Source: Eledone cirrhosa (taxonomy: Eukaryota). Taken from it: a stretch of DNA of 64,000 nt. Position numbers and translations under genes: made by a program. The DNA lies in assembly GCA_964016885.1 (NCBI GenBank), contig CAXHJY010001338.1, positions 1 through 64,000 on the forward strand. Reading direction: 5' to 3'. The notes under the pieces were generated by a model. The model was not told the DNA's origin. It ran no database searches and worked only from the letters and a program-made list of their open reading frames with translations. Position 1 is the stretch's first letter. Every line of letters starts with the position of its first letter. Positions 1-11,359 of the stretch are shown here, piece after piece.

Positions 1-101
1 AGATATATGTATATATATGTATATATGTATATATATGTGTATATATATATATATGTATATACATATGTATAGATATATGTATAGATATATGTATATATAT
101 G

Positions 102-134
<33 letters not shown>

Positions 135-259
135 GTATATATATATATGTATACATATATATAGAGAGAGATATGTATGTATATATATATATATTTATAT
201 ATGTATGTATATATATATATATATTTATATATGTATGTATATATATATATTTATATATG

Positions 260-306
<47 letters not shown>

Positions 307-311
307 GTATG

Positions 312-344
<33 letters not shown>

Positions 345-387
345 GTATGTATATGTATGTGTATATATATATATATTTATGTATGTA

Positions 388-430
<43 letters not shown>

Positions 431-557
431 TTATGTATGTATGTATATATATATATATATATATTTACATATTTATGTATGTATATATATATATATATAT
501 TTACATATTTATGTATGTATGTATATATATATATATATATTTATGTATGTATGTATG

Positions 558-590
<33 letters not shown>

Positions 591-683
591 ATATAGATAT
601 ATTTATATATCTATGTATATATATATATATATATTTATATATCTATGTATATATATACATATTTATATATTTATGTATGTATG

Positions 684-714
<31 letters not shown>

Positions 715-1015
715 TTATATACGTATGTATATATATATATATTTATATATTTATATATGTATGTATATATATATATATTTATATATGTATTTATATATGT
801 ATGTATATATATATATATTTATATATGTATGTATATATGTATATATATTTATATATGTATATTTATATATGTATGTATATATATATATATTTATATATGT
901 ATATTTATATATGTATGTATATATATATATATTTATATATGTATGTATATATATATATATTTATATATTTATATATGTATGTATATATATATATTTATAT
1001 ATGTATATATATTTA

Positions 1016-1074
<59 letters not shown>

Positions 1075-1117
1075 ATGTATGTATATATATATATTTATAT
1101 ATGTATATATATATTTA

Positions 1118-1148
<31 letters not shown>

Positions 1149-1238
1149 ATGTATGTATATATATATTTATATTTATATATGTATGTATATATGTATATTT
1201 ATATATGTATGTATATATATATATATATATTTATATAG
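1..1238. repeat. (TA)n microsatellite with TATG/TATT interruptions
   Basis: Direct reading; overlapping Y/I-rich ORFs are repeat translations. Confidence 0.97.
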
Positions 1239-1375
1239 TATGCTAGGGAAAGGATCAGGGGTGTATAACACTCCACTTATCCAGCAGGCAGTATGAGGTT
1301 AGCTCAATGTCTGAGGACAGAGCCGTAATATAATAAATAACAAAGAACGCTTATAGCATATGCATATCTTTACTT

Positions 1376-1419
1376 GCTAACATTGTTTCATCCGCACTAT
1401 AAGTGGGACTCATCAGAGC
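1376..1419 (-). ncRNA. Type I hammerhead ribozyme, mirror copy with stem I shortened to 3 bp
   Basis: Reverse complement of the 1436-1479 motif; upstream flank differs so only gct/agc pair. Confidence 0.65.
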
Positions 1420-1434
1420 TGTAATCAACCTTTA

Positions 1435-1480
1435 TGCTCTGATGAGTCCCACTTATAGTGCGGATGAAACAATGTTAGCA
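1435..1480 (+). ncRNA. Type I hammerhead ribozyme (minimal)
   Basis: tgct-CTGATGA-gtcccact(tat)agtgcggat-GAAAC-aat-GTT-agca: stem I tgct/agca, stem II gtcc-cact/agtg-ggat, stem III AC/GT, predicted cleavage after GUU at 1476. Confidence 0.85.
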
Positions 1481-1529
1481 AGTAAAGATATGCATATGCT
1501 ATAAGCGTTCTTTGTTATTTATTATATTA

Positions 1530-1698
1530 TATTATATATATTTATATATGTATGTATATATATATATTTATATATGTATGTATATATATATATTTATATA
1601 TGTATGTATATATGTATATTTATATATGTATGTATATATATATATTTATATATATATATATATTTATATATATTTATATATTTATATATATATATATT

Positions 1699-1733
<35 letters not shown>

Positions 1734-1826
1734 ATGTATATATTTATATATGTATGTATTTATATATATATATATGTATATATTTATATATGTATGTATA
1801 TATATATATATATATTTATATATATG

Positions 1827-1868
<42 letters not shown>

Positions 1869-1892
1869 TGTATACATGTATATGTATATATA

Positions 1893-1927
<35 letters not shown>

Positions 1928-2706
1928 ATATATATATGTATATGTATATGTATATATATATATATGTATATATATATATGTATATATATATATTTATATA
2001 TATATGTATATATATATATGTATATATATATATTTATATATATATGTATATATATATATTTATATATATATGTATATATATATATTTATATATATATGTA
2101 TATATATATATTTATATATGTATATATATATATTTATATATATATATGTATATATATATATTTATATATGTATATATATATATTTATATATGTATATATA
2201 TATATTTATATATATATTTATATATATATTTATATATATATTTATATATATATGTATATATATATATTTATATATGTATATTTATATATCTATATATATA
2301 TATTTATATATGTATATATATGTTTATATATGTATATATATGTATATATATGTATATATATGTATATATATGTATATATATATATATTTATATATTTATA
2401 CATGTATATTTATATATGTATATATATATATATATTTATATATGTATATATATGTATATATATGTATATATATATATATTTATATATTTATACATGTATA
2501 TTTATACATGTATATATATATATATATTTATATATGTATATATATGTATATATATTTATATATTTATATATGTATATTTATATATGTATATATATATATA
2601 TTTATATATGTATATATATATATATTTATATATGTATATATATATATATTTATATATGTATATATATATATATTTATATATGTATATATATATATATTTA
2701 TATATG

Positions 2707-2743
<37 letters not shown>

Positions 2744-2750
2744 CTGTATA
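1530..2750. repeat. (TA)n microsatellite with variants
   Basis: Direct reading. Confidence 0.97.
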
Positions 2751-2751
2751 T

Positions 2752-3100
2752 GTCGTTTCTGAATTTGTTTAGCAAGATTCTTTATCTGAAAACGTGTGTT
2801 GAAACCGATATTGATGTACTTTGGGAGGGTCATGTTGCAAATAAGAAACACACGCACCAGTTACATTTACTTCAATTTATTATAATAAATTTATAAATTT
2901 AGGATTTTATAAATTTCTGGTTGGTTGGTTGGTTCCACAACCAGATAGTTGATTATATATTGTCAAAGCTCTTGCGTCACACATTCTGTGACCTCTTCAG
3001 TGACTGGGGATTCTTTTCTTTGTTTTTGTGCCTCTCCTTTGTTTGTCCTACGCCATCTTGTTTTTGTGTGTGTCACAGAAAAACAAGATGGCGTTGCACA
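2752..3100 (-). mobile_element. Interspersed repeat, rearranged copy of the 46704-47146 hammerhead-bearing element
   Basis: 2816-3070 aligns by eye to 46704-46980; 2752-2812 is the reverse complement of 47086-47146; short hairpin at 3051-3093. Confidence 0.8.
2962..3004 (-). ncRNA. Degenerate type I hammerhead (GAAA mutated to GCAA)
   Basis: Minus strand gtca-CTGAAGA-g-gtcac(agaatgt)gtgac-GCAA-gag-CTT-tgac. Confidence 0.6.
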
Positions 3101-3271
3101 GAACGTATATTTAAAGAGGAATCTTGAGAATAAATGCATTTTCTCCTTGATGATTGCCTCAAAGTATAGTAACCTGTAGGGGATGGGTCTCTTCCACCTG
3201 GCTGTTAAGCGTTTTCCATTGTATGGATGTAGTCAGTCCAGGTTTCTCAAAAAGATGATGGGAGTTCCAAT

Positions 3272-3307
<36 letters not shown>

Positions 3308-3308
<1 letters not shown>

Positions 3309-3488
3309 GTTATTCCGGGTTGAATCGGAGGTAACCACAGTAAGTAAGGTACTCAATACATAGCAGAGTATAAAAGTTTTAATATAGATGAGATTCTACA
3401 GGACTAGAACTGTTTCATTCTTTAGAAATCATCAGGAATTCCAGATGATTTCTAAACAATGAAACATTTCTACTCCTGTAGAATCTCA

Positions 3489-3495
<7 letters not shown>
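3308..3495 (-). mobile_element. Penelope-like pLTR remnant with imperfect fold-back (3382-3495)
   Basis: Palindrome centred on ggaattcc (3435-3442); on the minus strand a hammerhead is followed by ATTAAA and gtattgagtac; flanked by (TA)n. Confidence 0.65.
3393..3439 (-). ncRNA. Type I hammerhead ribozyme
   Basis: attc-CTGATGA-tttc(taaa)gaat-GAA-ACAG(ttctagtc)CTGT-A-gaat; 4-bp stems I and III; U-U at base of stem II. Confidence 0.7.
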
Positions 3496-3532
<37 letters not shown>

Positions 3533-3535
<3 letters not shown>

Positions 3536-3720
3536 CGAAGGAAATGTGGTAAGGAACCAGGTGGACCATAACGCACCAAAGTACGCAATACTTAGGGTAG
3601 TAGAGTGGGTAATAGGAACAAGTAGGACCCCGACCGCTGAGCTCAGAATTAGCGACAGAATTAGCCGACAGAATTAGCCGTCGAAACGGCTTGAGCTCAA
3701 CCGTCGGGGTCCTACTTGTT

Positions 3721-3725
<5 letters not shown>
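3533..3725. mobile_element. Interspersed repeat (family also at 31099-31238 and 63051-63200) with partial inversion and 3' half of a hammerhead
   Basis: Near-identical to 31099-31210; inverted arms 3612-3645 / 3692-3725; GAAACGG-cttgagctcaa-CCGTC at 3683-3705. Confidence 0.75.
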
Positions 3726-3768
<43 letters not shown>

Positions 3769-3836
3769 CACCTCAGACGAGACAAGTATATGTTCTCGCC
3801 TGTCTTCTAGTGCAGTAGTCGCAAGCGGTGGGAGGG

Positions 3837-3880
3837 ACCGTGCTGACGAAGGCGAGTTAAGCCTAAAATGCATAGACGGT
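3837..3880 (+). ncRNA. Degenerate type I hammerhead
   Basis: accgtg-CTGACGA-aggc(gagttaa)gcct-AAAA-tgc-ATA-gacggt; GAAA to AAAA and one stem I mismatch; palindromic atgcat stem III. Confidence 0.55.
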
Positions 3881-4211
3881 TGTCCCCCTTGCTTTTGCTG
3901 GACATCACCAGGGGGAGGTTAGCCCCCCGGTGTTTGCATAGCAGCGGCTTCCTAAAACCGTATTTCCTTGGAGATACGAAATATTTATAATTAGTGTATA
4001 AAGCTATGCGTGAAGCGAAATCCTATTTCTCTTTTATATATATATAAATACAAATAAAGAGACAGACTGTGTAGTTACTCTAAACCAAATGTAAGATGGT
4101 AATAGGGAAGTAAAGAAGAGAAGAATAGTAACCCTTCATCAGCTGTTTACTGCGTATCACAGATGTTTCGGCGTTTAAAAACGGGGGATCGATCGACAGC
4201 GCGCCCGAGGT

Positions 4212-4213
<2 letters not shown>

Positions 4214-4260
<47 letters not shown>

Positions 4261-4288
4261 CATTTATATATATATATATATATATAAC

Positions 4289-4330
<42 letters not shown>

Positions 4331-4578
4331 CATTTATATATATACATATATATATATATATGTATGTATATACATATATATATGTATGTATATACATATA
4401 TATATGCATATATATATATATGCATATATATATGCGTATATATATTTATGCGTATATCTATTTATCTGTATTGTATTCATATATATCTATACAAATACAG
4501 TGTGCAGACAATTGAGGTTAAAATAATTCGATACAACAATATATATATCTTATCTATCTATATATATACTATCTATAT

Positions 4579-4609
<31 letters not shown>

Positions 4610-5110
4610 AGTGTCTTTGTGTACTTAGGAAATAAGTAAAAATTATCAGATTCATATATATATATGAATATATATATATATATGAATATATATATATATA
4701 TATGAATATATATATATATATGAATATATATATATATATATGAATATATATATATATGAATATATATATATATATGAATATATATATATGAATATATATA
4801 TATATGAATATATATATATATGAATATATATATATATATATATATGAATATATATATATATATGAATATATATATATATATATATATATATGAATATATA
4901 TATATATATATATGAATATATATATATATATATATATATGAATATATATATATATATATATATGAATATATATATATATATATATGAATATATATATATA
5001 TATATATATATATGAATATATATATATATGTATATATATATATATGAATATATATATATATATATATATATGAATATATATATATATGAATATATATATA
5101 TATATATATA

Positions 5111-5169
<59 letters not shown>

Positions 5170-5383
5170 TATATATATAAAAGAAGACAGACAGAAAAAT
5201 TGTTCACCGTGAAATAGGCCACTAATGTCACAAATATCAAAAGCAGACGAACTTCCGGTTCGAAAACGGAAGTTCACGCATCGGCGACAATTTTGATTAT
5301 TTCACGTATTTTTTAAATGTCTTCATGTCCTCTAATATACAGTTATAATCTGCACATACTATATATGACTTTACCTGTATCTA

Positions 5384-5419
<36 letters not shown>

Positions 5420-5450
5420 CAATTTTTGTATAAATAAAATACTTGGATGC

Positions 5451-5496
<46 letters not shown>

Positions 5497-5503
5497 ATAT
5501 TTA

Positions 5504-5537
<34 letters not shown>

Positions 5538-5668
5538 AACATATATATAAACATATATATATATATGTCTACATATTAATATATATATATATATATAAAC
5601 ATATAATTCATATATATATATATATATATATATAAATCTACATATATATATATATATATATATAAATC

Positions 5669-5705
<37 letters not shown>

Positions 5706-5728
5706 CTACATATATATATATATATAAT

Positions 5729-5818
<90 letters not shown>

Positions 5819-5821
5819 CAT

Positions 5822-5867
<46 letters not shown>

Positions 5868-6070
5868 CATCCATATATATATATATATATATAATTCTTA
5901 TATATATATATATATATAATTCATATATATATATATATATATGTAATATATAATTCATATACATTTATATTTATATATACATATTTATTATATCTCTGCA
6001 TACGTACATATATATATTATATGTACATATACATTATATCATTATATCTCCATACGTTCATATATATACT
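4214..6070. repeat. (TA)n-dominated microsatellites including a (TA)nTGAA compound array (4655-5120), with short unique islands
   Basis: Direct reading. Confidence 0.9.
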
Positions 6071-6369
6071 TCTATGTCCCGAGCCCCTAGCTAACCGTTA
6101 TATTATACCCACCCACCCTACACCCAACTCTCTGTAACCCCAATCTTCCACCCACCCCAAAATAATAATAAAAAACCCTATATCCCTAATGATACGCAGC
6201 TTCAGTAATACGTTATCGTTTTGATTATGCAGGGGCCGTACACCACAACTCCATTGTCCTTACCCCACCACCTAACATCCAGAACATTCGCTGTCGCCGG
6301 CCCCTGCTACTGCGCAAAGGATACTTATGAGGTAAAAACGCTTATTAAATATGTTTGCTCTGACTGCCT

Positions 6370-6432
6370 GTATGTATTTGCGTGTGTGTGGTTGCGAGTG
6401 TGTCTGTATGTATGTTTGCGTGTGTGTGTTTG

Positions 6433-6470
<38 letters not shown>

Positions 6471-7275
6471 ACTCGGCTTTCTGTGTGATTGTGGATTGAA
6501 ATATATATGTATATGTGTGTCTATATGTGAGTATGAATCTGTGAATGTATGTATGTTTCTGTGTGTGTGTATATATTTGCGTGTTTCTCTGTTTCTTGTG
6601 TGTGTAGGTGTAAATATATATGTATATGTGTGCGTACGTGTATATGAATGGGTCTGTATGTATGGTTGTGTGTGAGTGTGTGTGTGCCTGCATGTACTTT
6701 TGCGTGTGTATCCGATTCCGTTGTGTGGATGTAAATATATATGTATATGTGTGTGTGGATGTGTGTGTGTTTATATATAAGTATATGTATGTGTGTATGC
6801 ATGTATGTATGTATATGCGTGTGTGTGGATGTGTGTGTGTGTTTATATATAAGTATATGTATGTGTGTATATGCATGTATGTATGGATATGCGTGTGTGT
6901 GGATGTGTGTGTGTGTTTATATATAAGTATATGTATGTGTGTATATGCATGGATGTATGGATATGTGGATGTGTGTGTTTATATATAGGTATATGTATGT
7001 GTGTATATGCATGGATATATGGATATGTGTGTGTGTGTGTGTGTGGATGTGTGTCTTTATATATAAGTATATGTATGTGTGTGTATGCATGGATGTACGG
7101 ATATGTGTGTGTGGATGTGTGTGTGTATATATATAAGTATATGTATGTGTGTATGCTTGTATGTATGGATATGTGTGTGTGTGTGTGTGTCTGTGTGTGT
7201 GTGTGGATGTGTGTGTTTATATATAAGTATATGTGTATATGCATGGATGTGTGGATATGTGTGTGTGTGTGTGTG
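6370..7275. repeat. (TG)n/(TA)n compound repeat with about 60-bp higher unit (gtggatgtgtgtgtgtttatatataagtatatgtatgtgtgtatatgcat...)
   Basis: The motif tatatataagtatatgtatgtgtgtat recurs about every 60-75 bp from 6770 to 7240. Confidence 0.85.
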
Positions 7276-7321
7276 AAATGTTATGTCTGTAGTGACCATA
7301 AGTCTATCTAATGTCACTTTG

Positions 7322-7599
7322 ATAAACCTGTAGGTTAAAGAAGAGAGCAAAAGGAAGAAAGGGGCACTTGCGCAGCACGCTCCTGAAGTTGAGGGTTGTT
7401 CTATCTACGGGGTATAAAACAACCCATTTGTGGCGCCCCACAATTATATATTGGGGATTTCGAATTATATATATTGGGGATTTCGATTGTTATAATTGTT
7501 TGTTTCAATATTTTTACACGACTGTATGTAAAATCCCCGGCATGTGTCTTTCTATTGTCCCCTCATCCTTTGCGCCCTTGTAGCTAATAAAGAAATCTT

Positions 7600-7638
<39 letters not shown>

Positions 7639-8055
7639 GACAACAACTCATTACCTTCTTTAGGTACCACTTTAGGAGGTGAATCAGAGTGGAGAGAGAG
7701 GCACTGAACCCCAGTAAATTTACTGAAAGGTGGGTGAATGTGGCAAAAATGGCCCCAGTTACTGGGCCTTCTCTGTTTATAAACGGCCCGAGTGATTGGG
7801 CCTTCTCTGTATATAAACCTGTAGGTTGAAGAAGAGAGCAAAAGGAAGAAAGGAGCACTTGCACAACACGTTCCTGGAGTTGAGGGTTGTTCTATCTACG
7901 GGGTATAAAACAATCCGTTTGTGGCGCCTCCCCCCTATTGGGGATTTCGATTGTTGTAATTGTTTGTTTCAATATTTTTACGCGACTGTATGTAAAATCC
8001 CCGGCATGTATCTTTGTATTGTCCCCTTATCTTGTGCGCCCTTGTGGCAAATAAA
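7322..8055 (+). repeat. Two diverged direct copies (7322-7590 and 7813-8053) of an approximately 250-bp interspersed repeat ending in AATAAA
   Basis: Both start ataaacctgtaggtt, share gggtataaaacaa and gtaaaatccccggcatg, and end gcccttgt...aataaa; separated by (CTAT)n and about 170 bp of unique sequence. Confidence 0.85.
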
Positions 8056-8277
8056 TATATATTTCTAATGTTACTTCGAAAATAGAGTAAAGTGGTTTAA
8101 AGAAATGTTATTTAAAAACTGGACATAGCGTCACACACTGTATCATTAGATGTAGAATAAGATTAATAAAAAATATGGTGGGGGTGTATTGGTTGACTGA
8201 GTAAAACGATTTATTATAGATTATAATTCATGTAGAATATATTTACTCGTTTGTATTTTGTATTCATATTTATACAA

Positions 8278-9030
8278 AGGCGGTGGATTGGCTAAATCGG
8301 TAGAGCGTCGACCAGAAGAATGTTTCATAACAATTAGATACAATCTTATATATCTTGAGTTCAAATTCTGTTGAGGTCAAATTTGCCCCTGTTACCCTTC
8401 CGAGGTGGGTAAAGTAGCAGTAATCTACTGGTGTAGATTTAATCGATTTTTCCTTCAATTCACTTTTACCCTACTCCCAAATTTTCTGAGCTTGTGTTTA
8501 AATCCCACCGAGGTCAACTTTGCCTTTCTCCCTTTAGAGGTCGATAAAATAAGGTACCAGTAATACATTAGGGTAGATCTAAATGACTTCTACAATTCGC
8601 AGGCCTTATGTCTAAATTAGAAATCAAATTTTGACTCCAAATCCTTACACGGTCAATAAAATAAAGTACCAGTAATGCATTGAGGTAGATTTAATCGACC
8701 CCCCCCCCCCCCCTCAATCCACCCTTTTACCCGGCCTCCACACAAATATTCTGGTCTTGTGCCTAAATTAGAATTCAAATCCTGTCACGGTTAACTTTGC
8801 CTTTCTCCCTTTAGAGGTGGGTAAAATAAACTACCAGTAATACACTGAGGTAAATCTAATTGACTTCGACAGTTCATTGGCCTTATGTCTATATTAGAAA
8901 CCGTAGCTTCTAGAATTAATTATATTTTGACGTAACTTTGTCTTTCACCCTTCTGAGGTTGATAAAATAAATTACCAGTAATACACTGAGGTTAATCTAA
9001 TTAGAATTAATTATATTTTGACGTAATTTT
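8278..9030 (+). mobile_element. Old tRNA-derived SINE with Nin/Deu-like domain; 3' part tandemly repeated about 4-5 times
   Basis: A-box-like tggctaaatcgg, B-box gagttcaaattc, repeated aactttgccttt...ggtcgataaaataa.gtaccagta. Confidence 0.7.
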
Positions 9031-9194
9031 GTCAGCTGATTACAATCATAGGCAATTCTTTGATTCGAACTTGTTAAATCTATCTATCGATTCTTCATAC
9101 GAAAACGTATTAGGAATTTCTCTGATGCTATATTGGTATTGGATATATCGATCTCGTTCCTGTGTTTCCTGATCACAAATATAATTTTTAAATT

Positions 9195-9248
9195 CTCTCT
9201 CTCCTGTCTTTTCTACCCCTCTCCCTTTCTTTCCCTTCCTTTCACTCA

Positions 9249-9327
<79 letters not shown>

Positions 9328-9564
9328 GTGAGTTATGTTTTTAACTTTTACGTTTATTTTTTTTATAATTTAGCACTAATTATATATATGTGTGTGTGTG
9401 TGTATGTGTGTGTGTGTGTGTATGTGTGTGTGTATATATGCGTGTGTATATGTGTGTGTGTATATATATATATGTGTGTGTGTGTATATATATATGTGTA
9501 TATATATGTGTGTGTGTGTATGTATATGTGTGTGTATGTATGTATATGTGTATGTATATGTGTG

Positions 9565-9595
<31 letters not shown>

Positions 9596-9655
9596 ATATG
9601 TGTGTGTGTATATATGTGTGTGTATATGTGTGTGTGTGTATACACACACACACAC

Positions 9656-9696
<41 letters not shown>

Positions 9697-9799
9697 CACA
9701 CACACACATATATATACATACAGGGTGTCCCAAAGAATGTATACACACTTTTTCTAGAATGCTGTTGAAATGTATATATATACATTTTTGGGGGACACC

Positions 9800-9839
<40 letters not shown>

Positions 9840-9990
9840 CTGTGTGTATATATATATACACACACATATGTGTGTGTATATATATAAATATATATATATA
9901 TACACAGATATGTGTGTGCATATATATATACACACACATGTGTGTGTATATATATAAATATATATATATATACACACATATGTGTGTGGT
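9195..9990. repeat. (CT)n, (TG)n, (CA)n and (TA)n microsatellites
   Basis: Direct reading. Confidence 0.9.
9721..9802. mobile_element. 82-bp Tc1/mariner-type MITE
   Basis: Terminal inverted repeats CAGGGTGTCCC...aatgtata / tatacatt...GGGACACCCTG, flanked by TA on both sides. Confidence 0.75.
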
Positions 9991-10019
9991 TGCATGTATG
10001 TTTATTTCTAGGTATATAG

Positions 10020-11270
10020 CCACACCACCACAAGAACAACCACAAATACTATAACCTATACAATAGCAGGCACTGTAACCACTGCTATAAGTACTACCAC
10101 TAATACCACCACTACTACTATCACCACAACTTCTACTACAACCTACACTCACCATCATTCTCTACTACTACTACTTCCATCACCACCACCACATCTACTA
10201 CTACCGCCACTACAAATGCTACTAATATCACAAACAATATCTTCACCGTCACTACAACTACTACCACCGCCACCACTACCACCACCGTCACCACTACTAT
10301 TACTACCACCACCGTCACCACTACTATTACTACCACCACCGTCACCACTACTATTACTACTACCACCACCACTGCTACCACCACTACTACTACCACCACT
10401 ACTACTACCACTACCACCACAACCACCACTATCACCACTACCACCACCACTACCACCACTACAACCACCACCACCACTAACACCACCACCACCACCACCA
10501 CCACCACCACTAACACCACCACCACTACCACTACCACCACCACCACCACTACCACCACCACCACCACGACTACCACTACTACCACCACCACCACTACAAC
10601 CACCACTACCACCACTACAACCACCACTACCACCACCACCACTACGACCACCACCACTACTACCACCACTACCACCACTACCACCACTACAACCACCACT
10701 ACCACCACTACCACCACCACTACCACCACTACAACCACCACTACCACCACTACCACCACCACTACTACCACCACCACCACCACCACCACTACTACTACCA
10801 CTACTACCAGCACCACTATCACCACCACTACTACTACCACCACCACCACTATCACCACCACCACTACCACCACCACCATCACCACTACTACCACTACTAC
10901 CAGCACCACTATCACCACCACTACTACTACCACCACCACCACTATCACCATCACTACCACCACCACCACCACCACTACTACCACTAGCACTACCACCACT
11001 ACTACTACCACTACCACTAGCACTACCACCACTACCACTAGCACTACCACCACTACCACTACCACTACTACCACCACTACTACCACCACCACCACCACTA
11101 CTACCACCACCACCACCACTACTACCACCACCACTAGCACTACTACCACCACCACCACCACTATTAGCACCACCACCACTACCACCACCACTACTACCAC
11201 TACCACTACTACCACCACCACCACCACTATTAGCACCACCACCACTACCACCACTACAACCACCACTGCT
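10020..11270. repeat. (CCA/CTA)n degenerate trinucleotide repeat
   Basis: Direct reading; poly-V, poly-G/S and poly-P/L ORFs are artefacts. Confidence 0.95.
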
Positions 11271-11359
11271 ACAATGTTGAAGATATTTCGGCAATGTGAG
11301 TTTGGAACAATTCCAGATTCTTCCAAATCTCTGACGAGTCTTTAACCACTGGAAAGGAA

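Larger units (their letters stand above)
1326..1529. mobile_element. Fold-back element (94-bp perfect inverted arms, 16-nt loop), Penelope-like pLTR remnant with hammerheads
   Basis: 1326-1419 is the exact reverse complement of 1436-1529; each arm carries a CTGATGA...GAAAC core. Confidence 0.75.

Noticed and set aside
17-2896. Long Y/I/M/C-rich ORFs (here and in all TA/TG tracts)
   Set aside because: Translations of dinucleotide microsatellites, open in several frames on both strands
4095-4212. Minus-strand GAAAC followed by CTGATGA (possible type II hammerhead)
   Set aside because: No closable stem I and the cleavage triplet would be GUG; probably a repeat fragment, fold not supported
10136-11326. 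Gly/Ser-rich and Pro/Leu-rich ORFs
   Set aside because: Degenerate CCA/CTA repeat with no unique domain
11331-11356. CTGACGA...GAAA spacing resembling a hammerhead
   Set aside because: Stems I, II and III do not pair
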